From Eledone cirrhosa (Eukaryota), in assembly GCA_964016885.1 (NCBI GenBank), contig OZ024742.1:164548001-164612000 (forward strand): a stretch of DNA of 64,000 nucleotides. Direction: 5' to 3'. The number at the start of each line of letters is the position of its first letter. The first letter of the stretch is position 1. The notes beneath the pieces were generated by a model that was not told the DNA's origin, did no database searches, and was given only the letters and a program-made list of their open reading frames with translations. This document shows, one piece after another, positions 42,345 through 55,200 of the stretch. A program made the translations under genes and the position numbers.

Positions 42345-44060
42345 ATATTATCTTCTCTTGGCTGGCGGGAAATTATCTCCCCTTGGACGGCTGAAAATTA
42401 TCTCCCCTTGGACGGCTGGAAATTATCTCCCCTTGATTTTTTTTACAAATTATCTCCCCCTGATTTTTTTTTACAAATTATCTCCCCCTGATTTTTTTTA
42501 CAAATTATCTCCCCCTGATTTTTTTTTACAAATTATCTCCCCCTGATTTTTTTTACAAATTATCTCCCCCTGATTTTTTTACAAATTATCTCCCCTTGGC
42601 TGGCTGGAAATTATCTCCCCTTGGAGGCTGGAATTTATCTCCCCTTGGACGGCTAGAAATTACCTCTCCTTGGACGGCTGGAAAATATGTCCTTGGACGG
42701 CTGGATATTATCTACCCTTGGACGGCTGGAAATTATCTCCCCTTGGACGGCTGGAAATTATCTCCCCTTGGACGGCTAGATATTACCTCCCCTTGGACGG
42801 CTGGAAATTATCTCCCCTTGATTTTTTTTACAAATTATCCCCCCCTGATTTTTTTTTACAAATTATCTCCCCCTTATTTTTTTTTACAAATTATCTACCC
42901 CTGATTTTTTTTTACAAATTATCTCCCCCTAATTTTTTTTACAAATTATCTCTCCCTGATTTTTTTTTACAAATTATCTCCCCCTGATTTTTTTTTACAA
43001 ATTATCTACCCCTGATTTTTTTTTACAAATTATCTCCCCCTGATTTTTTTTACAAATTATCTCCCCCTGATTTTTTTTACAAATTATCTCCCCCTGATTT
43101 TTTTACAAATTATCTCCCCCCGATTTTTTTTACAAATTATCTCCGCCTAATTTTTTTAAATATTATCTTCCCTTGGCTGGCGGGAAATTATCTCCCCTTG
43201 GACGGCTGAAAATTATCTCCCCTTGGACGGCTGGAAATTATCTCCCCTTGATTTTTTTTACAAATTATCTCCCCCTGATTTTTTTTTACAAATTATCTCC
43301 CCCTGATTTTTTTTACAAATTATCTCCCCCTGATTTTTTTTTACAAATTATCTCCCCCTGATTTTTTTTACAAATTATCTCCCCCTGATTTTTTTACAAA
43401 TTATCTCCCCTTGGCTGGCTGGAAATTATCTCCCCTTGGAGGCTGGAATTTATCTCCCCTTGGACGGCTAGAAATTACCTCTCCTTGGACGGCTGGAAAA
43501 TATGTCCTTGGACGGCTGGATATTATCTACCCTTGGACGGCTGGAAATTATCTCCCCTTGGACGGCTGGAAATTATCTCCCCTTGGACGGCTAGATATTA
43601 CCTCCCCTTGGACGGCTGGAAATTATCTCCCCTTGATTTTTTTTACAAATTATCCCCCCCTGATTTTTTTTTACAAATTATCTCCCCCTTATTTTTTTTT
43701 ACAAATTATCTACCCCTGATTTTTTTTTACAAATTATCTCCCCCTAATTTTTTTTACAAATTATCTCTCCCTGATTTTTTTTTACAAATTATCTCCCCCT
43801 GATTTTTTTTTACAAATTATCTACCCCTGATTTTTTTTTACAAATTATCTCCCCCTGATTTTTTTTACAAATTATCTCCCCCTGATTTTTTTTACAAATT
43901 ATCTCCCCCTGATTTTTTTACAAATTATCTCCCCCCGATTTTTTTTACAAATTATCTCCGCCTAATTTTTTTAAATATTATCTTCCCTTGGCTGGCGGGA
44001 AATTATCTCCCCTTGGACGGCTGAAAATTATCTCCCCTTGGACGGCTGGAAATTATCTCC
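42345..44060 (+). repeat. Tandem duplication, unit 815 bp x2
   Basis: ORF pairs 42358/43173, 42596/43411 and 42670/43485. Shared rare variant CCCTTATTTT at 42871/43686. Confidence 0.92.
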
Positions 44061-47000
44061 CCTTGATTTTTTTACAAATTATCTCCCCCTGATTATTTTT
44101 TACAAATTATCTCCCCCTGATTTTTTTTTACAAATTATCTCCCCCTGATTTTTTTACAAATTATCTCCCCTTGGCTGGCTGGAAATTATCTCCCCTTGGA
44201 GGCTGGAATTTATCTCCACTTGGACGGTTAGAAATTACCTCTCCTTGGACTGCTGGAAAATATGTCTCCTTGGACGGCTGGAAATTATCTCCCCTTGGAC
44301 GGCTGGAAATTATCTCCCCTTGGACGGCTGGAAATTATCTCTCCTCGGACGACTAGAAATTACCTCTCCTTGGACAGCTGAAAATTATCTCCCCTTGGAC
44401 GGCTGGAAATTATCTCCCCTTGATTTTTTTTACAAATTATCTCCCCCCGATTTTTTTTTACAAATTATCTCCCCCTGATTTTTTTTTACAAATTATCTCC
44501 CCCTGATTTTTTTTACAAATTATCTCCCCCTGATATTTTTTACAAATTATCTCCCCCTGATTTTTTTACAAATTATCTCCCCTTGGCTGGCTGGAAATTA
44601 TCTCCCCTTGGAGGCTGGAATTTATCTCCCCTTGGACGGCTAGAAATTACCTCGCCTTGGACGGCTGGAAAATATGTCTCCTTGGACGGCTGGAAATTAT
44701 CTCCCCTTGGACGGCTGGAAATTATCTCCCCTTGGACGGCTGGAAATTATCTCCCCTTGGACGGCTAGATATTACCTCCCCTTGGACGGCTGGAAATTAT
44801 CTCCCCTTGATTTTTTTTACAAATTATCTCCCCCTGATTTTTTTTTTAAATTATCTCCCCTTGAACGGCTGGAAATTATCTCCCCTTGGACGGCTGGAAA
44901 TTATCTCCCCTTGGACGGCTAGAAATTACCTCTCCTTGGACGGCTGAAAATTATCTCCCCTTGGACGGCTGCAAATTATCTCCCCTTGATTTTTTAACAA
45001 ATTATCTCCCCCTGATTTTTTTTTACAAATTATCTCCCCCTGATTTTTTTTTACAAATTATCTACGCCTAATTTCTTTTACAAATTATCTCCCCCTGATT
45101 TTTTTTTACAAATTATCTCCCCCTGATTTTTTTTACAAATTATCTCCCCCTGATTTTTTTTTACAAATTATTTCCCCCTGATTTTTTTACAAATTATCTC
45201 CCCCCTGATTTTTTTTACAATCTCCGCCTGATTTTTTTAAAAATTATCTTGCCTTGGCTGGCGGGAAATTATCTCCCCTTGGACGGCTGGAAATTATATC
45301 CCCTTGGACGGCTGGAAATTACCTCCCCTTGGACAGCTGGAAATTATCTGCCCTTGATTTTGTTTTTACAAATTATCTCCCCCTGATTTTTTTTACAAAT
45401 TATCTCCACCTGATTTTTTAAAAAAATTATCTCCCCTTGGACGGCTGGAAATTATCTCCCCTTGATTTTTTTACAAATTATCTCCCCCTGATTTTTTTTA
45501 CAAATTATCTCCCCCTGATTTTTTTTTACAAATTATCTCCCCCTGATTTTTTTACAAATTATCTCCCCCTGATTTTTTTTACAAATTATCTCCGCCTGAT
45601 TTTTTTAAATATTATCTTCCCTTGGCTGGCGGGAAATTATCTCCCCTTGGACGGCTGATAATTATCTCCCCTTGGACGGCTGGAAATTATCTCCCCTTGA
45701 TTTTTTTTACAAATTATCTCCCCCTGATTTTTTTTTACAAATTATCTCCCCCTGATTTTTTTTACAAATTATCTCCGCCTGATTTTTTTAAATATTATCT
45801 TCCCTTGGCTGGCTGGAAATTATCTCCCCTTGGAGGCTGGAATTTATCTCCCCTTGGACGGCTAGAAATTACCTCTCCTTGGACGGCTGGAAAATATTTC
45901 TCCTTGGACGGCTGGATATTATCTACCCTTGGACGGGTGGAAATTATCTCCCCTTGGACGGCTGGAAATTATCTCCCCTTGGACGGCTAGATATTACCTC
46001 CCCTTGGACGACTGGAAATTATCTCCCCTTGATTTTTTTTACAAATTATCTCCCCCTGATTTTTTTTTTACAAATTATCTCCCCCTGATTTTTTTACAAA
46101 TTATCTCCCCCTGATTTTTTTTACAAATTATCTCCGCCTGATTTTTTTAAATATTATCTTCTCTTGGCTGGCGGGAAATTATCTCCCCTTGGACGGCTGA
46201 AAATTATCTCCCCTTGGACGGCTGGAAATTATCTCCCCTTGATTTTTTTTACAAATTATCTCCCCCTGATTTTTTTTAAAAAATTATCTCCCCCTGATTT
46301 TTTTTTACAAATTATCTCCCCCTGATTTTTTTTTACAAATTATCTCCCCCTGATTTTTTTTACAAATTATCTCCCCCTGATTTTTTTACAAATTATCTCC
46401 CCTTGGCTGGCTGGAAATTATCTCCCCTTGGACACTGTAAATTATAGCCCCTTGGAGGGCTGGAAATTATCTTACCTTGGACGGCTGGAAATTATCTCTG
46501 CTTGATTTTTTTTACAAATTATCTCCCCCTGATTTTTTTTTACAAATTATCCCCCCCGATTTTTTTTACAAATTATCTCCCCCTGATTTTTTTTACAAAT
46601 TATCTCCCCTTGGACGGCTGGAAATTATCTCCCCTTGGACGGCTGGAAATTATCTCTCCTTGGACGGCTAGAAATTACCTCTCCTTGGACGACTGAAAAT
46701 TATCTCCCCTTGGACGGCTGCAAATTATCTCCCCTTGATTTCTTTTACAAATTATCTCCGCCTGATTTTTTTTTTTAAATTATCTCCCCTTGGACGGCTG
46801 GAAATTACCTCCCCTTGGACGGCTGGAAATTATCTCCCCTTGGACGGCTAGAAATTACATCTCATTGGACGGCTGAAAATTATCTCCCCTTGGACGGCTG
46901 GAAATTATCTCCCCTTGATTTTTTTTACAAATTATCTCCCCCTGATTTTTTTTTTACAAATTATCTCCGCCTGATTTTTTTTTAAAATTATCTCTCCTTG

Positions 47001-49261
47001 GACGGCTGGATATTATCTCCCCTTTCATTTTTTTTACAAATTATCTCCCCCTGATTTTTTTTTACAAATTATCTCCCCCTGATTTTTTTTTACAAATTAT
47101 CTACCCCTAATTTTTTTTTACAAATTATCTCCCCCTGATTTTTTTTACAAATTATCTCCCCCTGATTTTTTTTTTACAAATTATCTCCCCCTGATTTTTT
47201 TACAAATTATCTCCCCCTGATTTTTTTTACAAATTATCTCCGCCTGATTTTTTTAAATATTATCTTCTCTTGGCTGGCGGGAAATTATCTCCCCTTGGAC
47301 GGCTGAAAATTATCTCCCCTTGGACGGCTGGAAATTATCTCCCCTTGATTTTTTTTACAAATTATCTCCCCCTGATTTTTTTTTACAAATTATCTCCCCC
47401 TGATTTTTTTTTACAAATTATCTCCCCCTGATTTTTTTTTACAAATTATCTCCCCCTGATTTTTTTTACAAATTATCTCCCCCTGATTTTTTTACAAATT
47501 ATCTCCCCTTGGCTGGCTGGAAATTATCTCCCCTTGGAGGCTGGAATTTATCTCCCCTTGGACGGCTAGAAATTACCTCTCCTTGGACGGCTGGAAAATA
47601 TGTCCTTGGACGGCTGGATATTATCTACCCTTGGACGGCTGGAAATTATCTCCCCTTGGACGGCTGGAAATTATCTCCCCTTGGACGGCTAGATATTACC
47701 TCCCCTTGGACGGCTGGAAATTATCTCCCCTTGATTTTTTTTACAAATTATCTCCCCCTGATTTTTTTTTACAAATTATCTCCCCCTGATTTTTTTTTAC
47801 AAATTATCTCCGCCTGATTTTTTTTTACAAATTATCTCCCCCTAATTTTTTTTACAAATTATCTCTCCCTGATCTTTTTTTACAAATTATCTCCCCTTGA
47901 TTTTTTTTTACCAATTATCTACCCCTGATTTTTTTTTACAAATTATCTCCCCCTTATTTTTTTTACAAATTATCTCCCCCTGATTTTTTTTACAAATTAT
48001 CTCCCCCTGATTTTTTTACAAATTATCTCCCCCCGATTTTTTTTACAAATTATATCCGCCTAATTTTTTAAATATTATCTATCCTTGGCTGGCGGGAAAT
48101 TATCTCCCCTTGGACGGCTGAAAATTTTCTCCCCTTGGACGGCTGGAAATTATCTCCCCTTGATTTTTTTACAAATTATCTCCCCCTGATTATTTTTTAC
48201 AAATTATCTCCCCCTGATTTTTTTTTACAAATTATCTCCCTCTGATTTTTTTTACAAATTATCTCCCCTTGGCTGGCTGGAAATTATCTCCCCTTGGAGG
48301 CTGGAATTTATCTCCCCTTGGACGGTTAGAAATTACCTCTCCTTGGACTGCTGGAAAATATGTCTCCTTGGACGGCTGGAAATTATCTCCCCTTGGACGG
48401 CTGGAAATTATCTCCCCTTGGACGGCTGGAAATTATCTCTCCTCGGACGACTAGAAATTACCTCTCCTTGGACAGCTGAAAATTATCTCCCCTTGGACGG
48501 CTGGAAATTATCTCCCCTTGATTTTTTTTACAAATTATCTCCCCCTGATTTATTTTACAAATTATCTCCCCCTGATTTTTTTTTACAAATTATCTCCCCC
48601 TGATTTTTTTTACAAATTATCTCCCCCTGATATTTTTTACAAATTATCTCCCCCTGATTTTTTTACAAATTATCTCCCCTTGGCTGGCTGGAAATTATCT
48701 ACCCTTGGAGGCTGGAATTTATCTCCCCTTGGACGGCTAGAAATTACCTCGCCTTGGACGGCTGGAAAATATGTCTCCTTGGACGGCTGGAAATTATCTC
48801 CCCTTGGACGGCTGGAAATTATCTCCCCTTGGACGGCTGGAAATTATCTCCCCTTGGACGGCTAGATATTACCTCCCCTTGGACGGCTAGAAATTATCTC
48901 CCCTTGATTTTTTTTACAAATTATCTCCCCCTGATTTTTTTTTACAAATTATCTCCCCCTGATTTTTTTTTACGAAGTATCTCCCCCTGATTTTTTTTTA
49001 CAAATTATCTCCGCCTGATTTTTTTTAAAAAATTATCTCCCCTTGAACGGCTGGAAATTATCTCCCCTTGGACGGCTGGAAATTATCTCCCCTTGGACGG
49101 CTAGAAATTACCTCTCCTTGGACGGCTGAAAATTATCTCCCATTGGACGGCTGCAAATTATCTCCCCTTGATTTTTTAACAAATTATCTCCCCCTGATTT
49201 TTTTTTACAAATTATCTCCCCCTGATTTTTTTTTACAAATTATGTACGCCTAATTTTTTTT

Positions 49262-52200
49262 ACAAATTATCTCCCCCTGATTTTTTTTTACAAATTATCT
49301 CCCCCTGATTTTTTTTACAAATTATCTCCCCCTGATTTTTTTTTACAAATTATTTCCCCCTGATTTTTTTACAAATTATCTCCCCCCTGATTTTTTTTAC
49401 AATCTCCGCCTGATTTTTTTAAAAATTATCTTCCCTTGGCTGGCGGGAAATTATCTCCCCTTGGACGGCTGGAAATTATATCCCCTTGGAAGGATGGAAA
49501 TTATCTCCCCTTGGACGGCTGGAAATTATCTCCCCTTGGACGGCTGGAAATTATCTCCCCTTGGACAGCTGGAAATTATCTGTCCTTGATTTTGTTTTTA
49601 CAAATTATCTCCCCCTGATTTTTTTTACAAATTATCTCCACCTGATTTTTTAAAAAATTATCTCCCCTTGGACGGCTGGAAATTATCTCCCCTTGATTTT
49701 TTTTACAAATTATCTCCCCCTGATTTTTTTTTACAAATTATCTCCCCCTGATTTTTTTTTACAAATTATCTCCCCCTGATTTTTTTTTACAAATTATCTC
49801 ACCCTGATTTTTTTTACAAATTATCTCTCCCTGATTTTTTTACAAATTATCTCCCCTTGGCTGGCTGGAAATTATCTCCCCTTGGAGGCTGGAATTTATC
49901 TCCCCTTGGACGGCTAGAAATTACCTCTCCTTGGACGGCTGGAAAATATGTCTCCTTGGACGGCTGGATATTATCTACCCTTGGACGGCTGGAAATTATC
50001 TCCCCTTGGACGGCTGGAAATTATCTCCTCTTGGACGGCTAGATATTACCTCCCCTTGGACGGCTGGAAATTATCTCCCCTTGATTTTTTTACAAATTAT
50101 CTCCCCCTGATTTTTTTACAAATTATCTCCCCCTGATTTTTTTACAAATTATCTCCGCCTAATTTTTTTAAATATTATCTTCCCTTGGCTGGCGGGAAAT
50201 TATCTCCCCTTGGACGGCTGAAAATTATCTCCCCTTGGACGGCTGGAAATTATCTCCCCTTGATTTTTTTTACAAATTATCTCCCCCTGATTTTTTTTTA
50301 CAAATTATCTCCCCCTGATTTTTTTTACAAATTATCTCCCCCTGATTTTTTTACAAATTATCTCCCCTTGGCTGGCTGGAAATTATCTCCCCTTGGAGGC
50401 TGGAATTTATCTCCCCTTGGACGGCTAGAAATTACCTCTCCTTGGAAGGCTGGAAAATATGTCCTTGGACGGCTGGATATTATCTACCCTTGGACGGCTG
50501 GAAATTATCTCCCCTTGGACGGCTGGAAATTATCTCCCCTTGGACGGCTAGATATTACCTCCCCTTGGACGGCTGAAAATTATCTCCCCTTGGACGGCTG
50601 GAAATTATCTCCCCTTGATTTTTTTTTACAAATTATCTCCCCCTGATTATTTTTTACAAATTATCCCCTGATTTTTTTTTTACAAATTATCTCCCCCTGA
50701 TTTTTTTTACAAATTATCTCCCCCTGATTTTTTTACAAATTATCTCCCCTTGGCTGGCTGGAAATTATCTCCCATTGGAGGCTGGAATTTATCTCCCCTT
50801 GGACGGTTAGAAATTACCTCCCCTTGGACGGCTGGAAAATATGTCTCCTTGGACGGCTGGAAATTATCGCGCCTTGGACGGCTGGAAATTATCTCCCCTT
50901 GGACGGCTGGAAATTATCTCTCATCGGATGGCTAGAAATTACCTCTCCTTGGACAGCTGAAAATTATCTCCCCTTGGACGGCTGGAAATTATCTCCCCTT
51001 GATTTTTTTTACAAATTATCTCCCCCTGATTTTTTTTTACAAATTATCTCCCCCTGATTTTTTTTTACAAATTATCTCCCCCTGATTTTTTTTTACAAAT
51101 TATCTCCCCCTGATATTTTTTACAAATTATCTCCCCCTGATTTTTTTACAAATTATCTCCCCTTGGCTGGCTGGAAATTATCTCCCCTTGGAGGCTGGAA
51201 TTTATCTCCCCTTGGACGGCTAGAAATTACCTCGCCTTGGACGGCTGGAAAATATGTCTCCTTGGACGGCTGGAAATTATCTCCCCTTGGACGGCTGGAA
51301 ATTATCTCCCCTTGGACAGCTGGAAATTATCTCCCCTTGGACGGCTAGATATTACCTCCCCTTGGACGGCTGGAAATTATCTCCCCTTGATTTTTTTTAC
51401 AAATTATCTCCCCCTGATTTTTTTTTACAAATTATCTCCCCCTGATTTTTTTTACGAATTATCTCCCCCCGATTTTTTTTTACAAATTATCTCCGCCTGA
51501 TTTTTTTTTAAAAATTATCTCCCCTTGAACGGCTGGAAATTATCTCCCCTTGGACGGCTGGAAATTATCTCCCCTTGGACGGCTAGAAATTACCTCTCCT
51601 TGGACGGCTGAAAATTATCTCCCCTTGGACGGCTGCAAATTATCTCCCCTTGATTTTTTAACAAATTATCTCCCCCTGATTTTTTTTTACAAATTATCTC
51701 CCCCTGATTTTTTTTTACAAATTATCTCCCCCTGATTTTTTTTTACAAATTATCTCCCCCTGATTTTTTTACAAATTATCTCCCCCTGATTTTTTTTACA
51801 ATCTCCGCCTGATTTTTTAAAAAATTATCTTCCCTTGGCTGGCGGGAAATTATCTCCCCTTGGACGGCTGGAAATTATCTCCCCTTGGACGGCTGGAAAT
51901 TATCTCCCCTTGGACAGCTGGAAATTATCTGCCCTTGATTTTGTTTTTACAAATTATCTCCCCCTGATTTTTTTTACAAATTATCTCCACCTGATTTTTT
52001 AAAAAATTATCTCCCCTTGGACGGCTGGAAATTATCTCCCCTTGATTTTTTTACAAATTATCTCCCCCTGATTTTTTTTACAAATTATCTCCCCCTGATT
52101 TTATGTTACAAATTATCTCCCCCTGATTTTTTTACAAATTATCTCCCCCTGATTTTTTTTACAAATTATCTCCGCCTGATTTTTTTAAATATTATCTTCC

Positions 52201-55200
52201 CTTGGCTGGCGGGAAATTATCTCCCCTTGGACGGCTGGAAATTATCTCCCCTTGATTTTTTTTACAAATTATCTCCCCCTGATTTTTTTTTACAAATTAT
52301 CTCCCCCTGATTTTTTTTTACAAATTATCTCCCCCTGATTTTTTTTTACAAATTATCTCCCCCTGATTTTTTTTTACAAATCTCCCCCTGATTTTTTTAT
52401 AAATTATCTCCCCTTGGCTGGCTGGAAATTATCTCCCCTTGGAGGCTGGAATTTATCTCCCCTTGGACGGCTAGAAATTACCTCTCCTTGGATGGCTGGA
52501 AAATATGTCTCCTTGGACGGCTGGATATTATCTACCCTTGGACGGCTGGAAATTATCTCCCCTTGGACGGCTGGAAATTATCTCCCCTTGGACGGCTAGA
52601 TATTACCTCCCATTGGACGGCTGGAAATTATCTCCCCTTGATTTTTTTTACAAATTATCTCCCCCTGATTTTTTTTTACGAATTATCTCCCCCTGATTTT
52701 TTTTTACAAATTATCTCCGCCTGATTTTTTTTTTTAAATTATCTCCCCTTGAACGGCTGGAAATTATCTCCCCTTGGACGGCTGGAAATTATCTCCCCTT
52801 GGACGGCTAGAAATTACCTCTCCGTGGACGGCTGAAAATTATCTCCCCTTGGACGGCTGCAAATTATCTCCCCTTGATTTTTTTAACAAATTATCTCCCC
52901 CTGATTTTTTTTTACAAATTATCTCCCCCTGATTTTTTTTTACAAATTATCTACGCCTAATTTTTTTTACAAATTATCTCCCCCTGATTTTTTTTTACAA
53001 ATTATCTCCCCCTGATTTTTTTTACAAATTATCTCCCCCTGATTTTTTTTACAAATTATCTCCCCCTGATTTTTTTACAAATTATCTCCCCCCTGATTTT
53101 TTTTACAATCTCCGCCTGATTTTTTTAAAAATTATCTTCCCTTGGCTGGCGGGAAATTATCTCCCCTTGGACGGCTGGAAATTATATCCCCTTGGAAGGA
53201 TGGAAATTATCTCCCCTTGGACGGCTGGAAATTATCTCCCCTTGGACGGCTGGAAATTACCTCCCCTTGGACAGCTGGAAATTATCTGCCCTTGATTTTG
53301 TTTTTACAAATTATCTCCCCCTGATTTTTTTTACAAATTATCTCCACCTGATTTTTTAAAAAATTATCTCCCCTTGGACGGCTGGAAATTATCTCCCCTT
53401 GGACGGCTGGAAATTATCTCCCCTTGATTTTTTTTACAAATTATCTCCCCCTGATTTTTTTTTACAAATTATCTCCCCCTGATTTTTTTTACAAATTATC
53501 TCCCCCTGATTTTTTTTTACAAATTATTTCCCCCTGATTTTTTTACAAATTATCTCCCCCCTGATTTTTTTTACAATCTCCGCCTGATTTTTTTAAAAAT
53601 TATCTTCCCTTGGCTGGCGGGAAATTATCTCCCCTTGGACGGCTGGAAATTATATCCCCTTGGAAGGATGGAAATTATCTCCCCTTGGACGGCTGGAAAT
53701 TATCTCCCCTTGGACGGCTGGAAATTATCTCCCCTTGGACAGCTGGAAATTATCTGCCCTTGATTTTGTTTTTACAAATTATCTCCCCCTGATTTTTTTT
53801 ACAAATTATCTCCACCTGATTTTTTAAAAAATTATCTCCCCTTGGACGGCTGGAAATTATCTCCCCTTGATTTTTTTTACAAATTATCTCCCCCTGATTT
53901 TTTTTTACAAATTATCTCCCCCTGATTTTTTTTTACAAATTATCTCCCCCTGATTTTTTTTTACAAATTATCTCACCCTGATTTTTTTTACAAATTATCT
54001 CTCCCTGATTTTTTTACAAATTATCTCCCCTTGGCTGGCTGGAAATTATCTCCCCTTGGAGGCTGGAATTTATCTCCCCTTGGACGGCTAGAAATTACCT
54101 CTCCTTGGACGGCTGGAAAATATGTCTCCTTGGACGGCTGGATATTATCTACCCTTGGACGGCTGGAAATTATCTCCCCTTGGACGGCTGGAAATTATCT
54201 CCTCTTGGACGGCTAGATATTACCTCCCCTTGGACGGCTGGAAATTATCTCCCCTTGATTTTTTTACAAATTATCTCCCCCTGATTTTTTTACAAATTAT
54301 CTCCCCCTGATTTTTTTTACAAATTATCTCCGCCTAATTTTTTTAAATATTATCTTCCCTTGGCTGGCGGGAAATTATCTCCCCTTGGACGGCTGAAAAT
54401 TATCTCCCCTTGGACGGCTGGAAATTATCTCCCCTTGATTTTTTTTACAAATTATCTCCCCCTGATTTTTTTTTACAAATTATCTCCCCCTGATTTTTTT
54501 TACAAATTATCTCCTCCTGATTTTTTTACAAATTATCTCCCCTTGGCTGGCTGGAAATTATCTCCCCTTGGAGGCTGGAATTTATCTCCCCTTGGACGGC
54601 TAGAAATTACCTCTCCTTGGAAGGCTGGAAAATATGTCCTTGGACGGCTGGATATTATCTACCCTTGGACGGCTGGAAATTATCTCCCCTTGGACGGCTG
54701 GAAATTATCTCCCCTTGGACGGCTAGATATTACCTCCCCTTGGACGGCTGAAAATTATCTCCCCTTGGACGGCTGGAAATTATCTCCCCTTGATTTTTTT
54801 TACAAATTATCTCCCCCTGATTATTTTTTACAAATTATCCCCTGATTTTTTTTTTACAAATTATCTCCCCCTGATTTTTTTTACAAATTATCTCCCCCTG
54901 ATTTTTTTACAAATTATCTCCCCTTGGCTGGCTGGAAATTATCTCCCATTGGAGGCTGGAATTTATCTCCCCTTGGACGGTTAGAAATTACCTCCCCTTG
55001 GACGGCTGGAAAATATGTCTCCTTGGACGGCTGGAAATTATCGCCCCTTGGACGGCTGGAAATTATCTCCCCTTGGACGGCTGGAAATTATCTCTCATCG
55101 GACGGCTAGAAATTACCTCTCCTTGGACAGCTGAAAATTATCTCCCCTTGGACGGCTGGAAATTATCTCCCCTTGATTTTTTTTACAAATTATCTCCCCC

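Larger units (their letters stand above)
34727..47603 (+). repeat. HOR copy 3 (12,877 bp): base unit plus internal 1617-bp and 815-bp duplications
   Basis: The offset to copy 2 steps from 10442 to 12034 (29660/41694) and then to 12875 (31296/44171). Confidence 0.85.
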
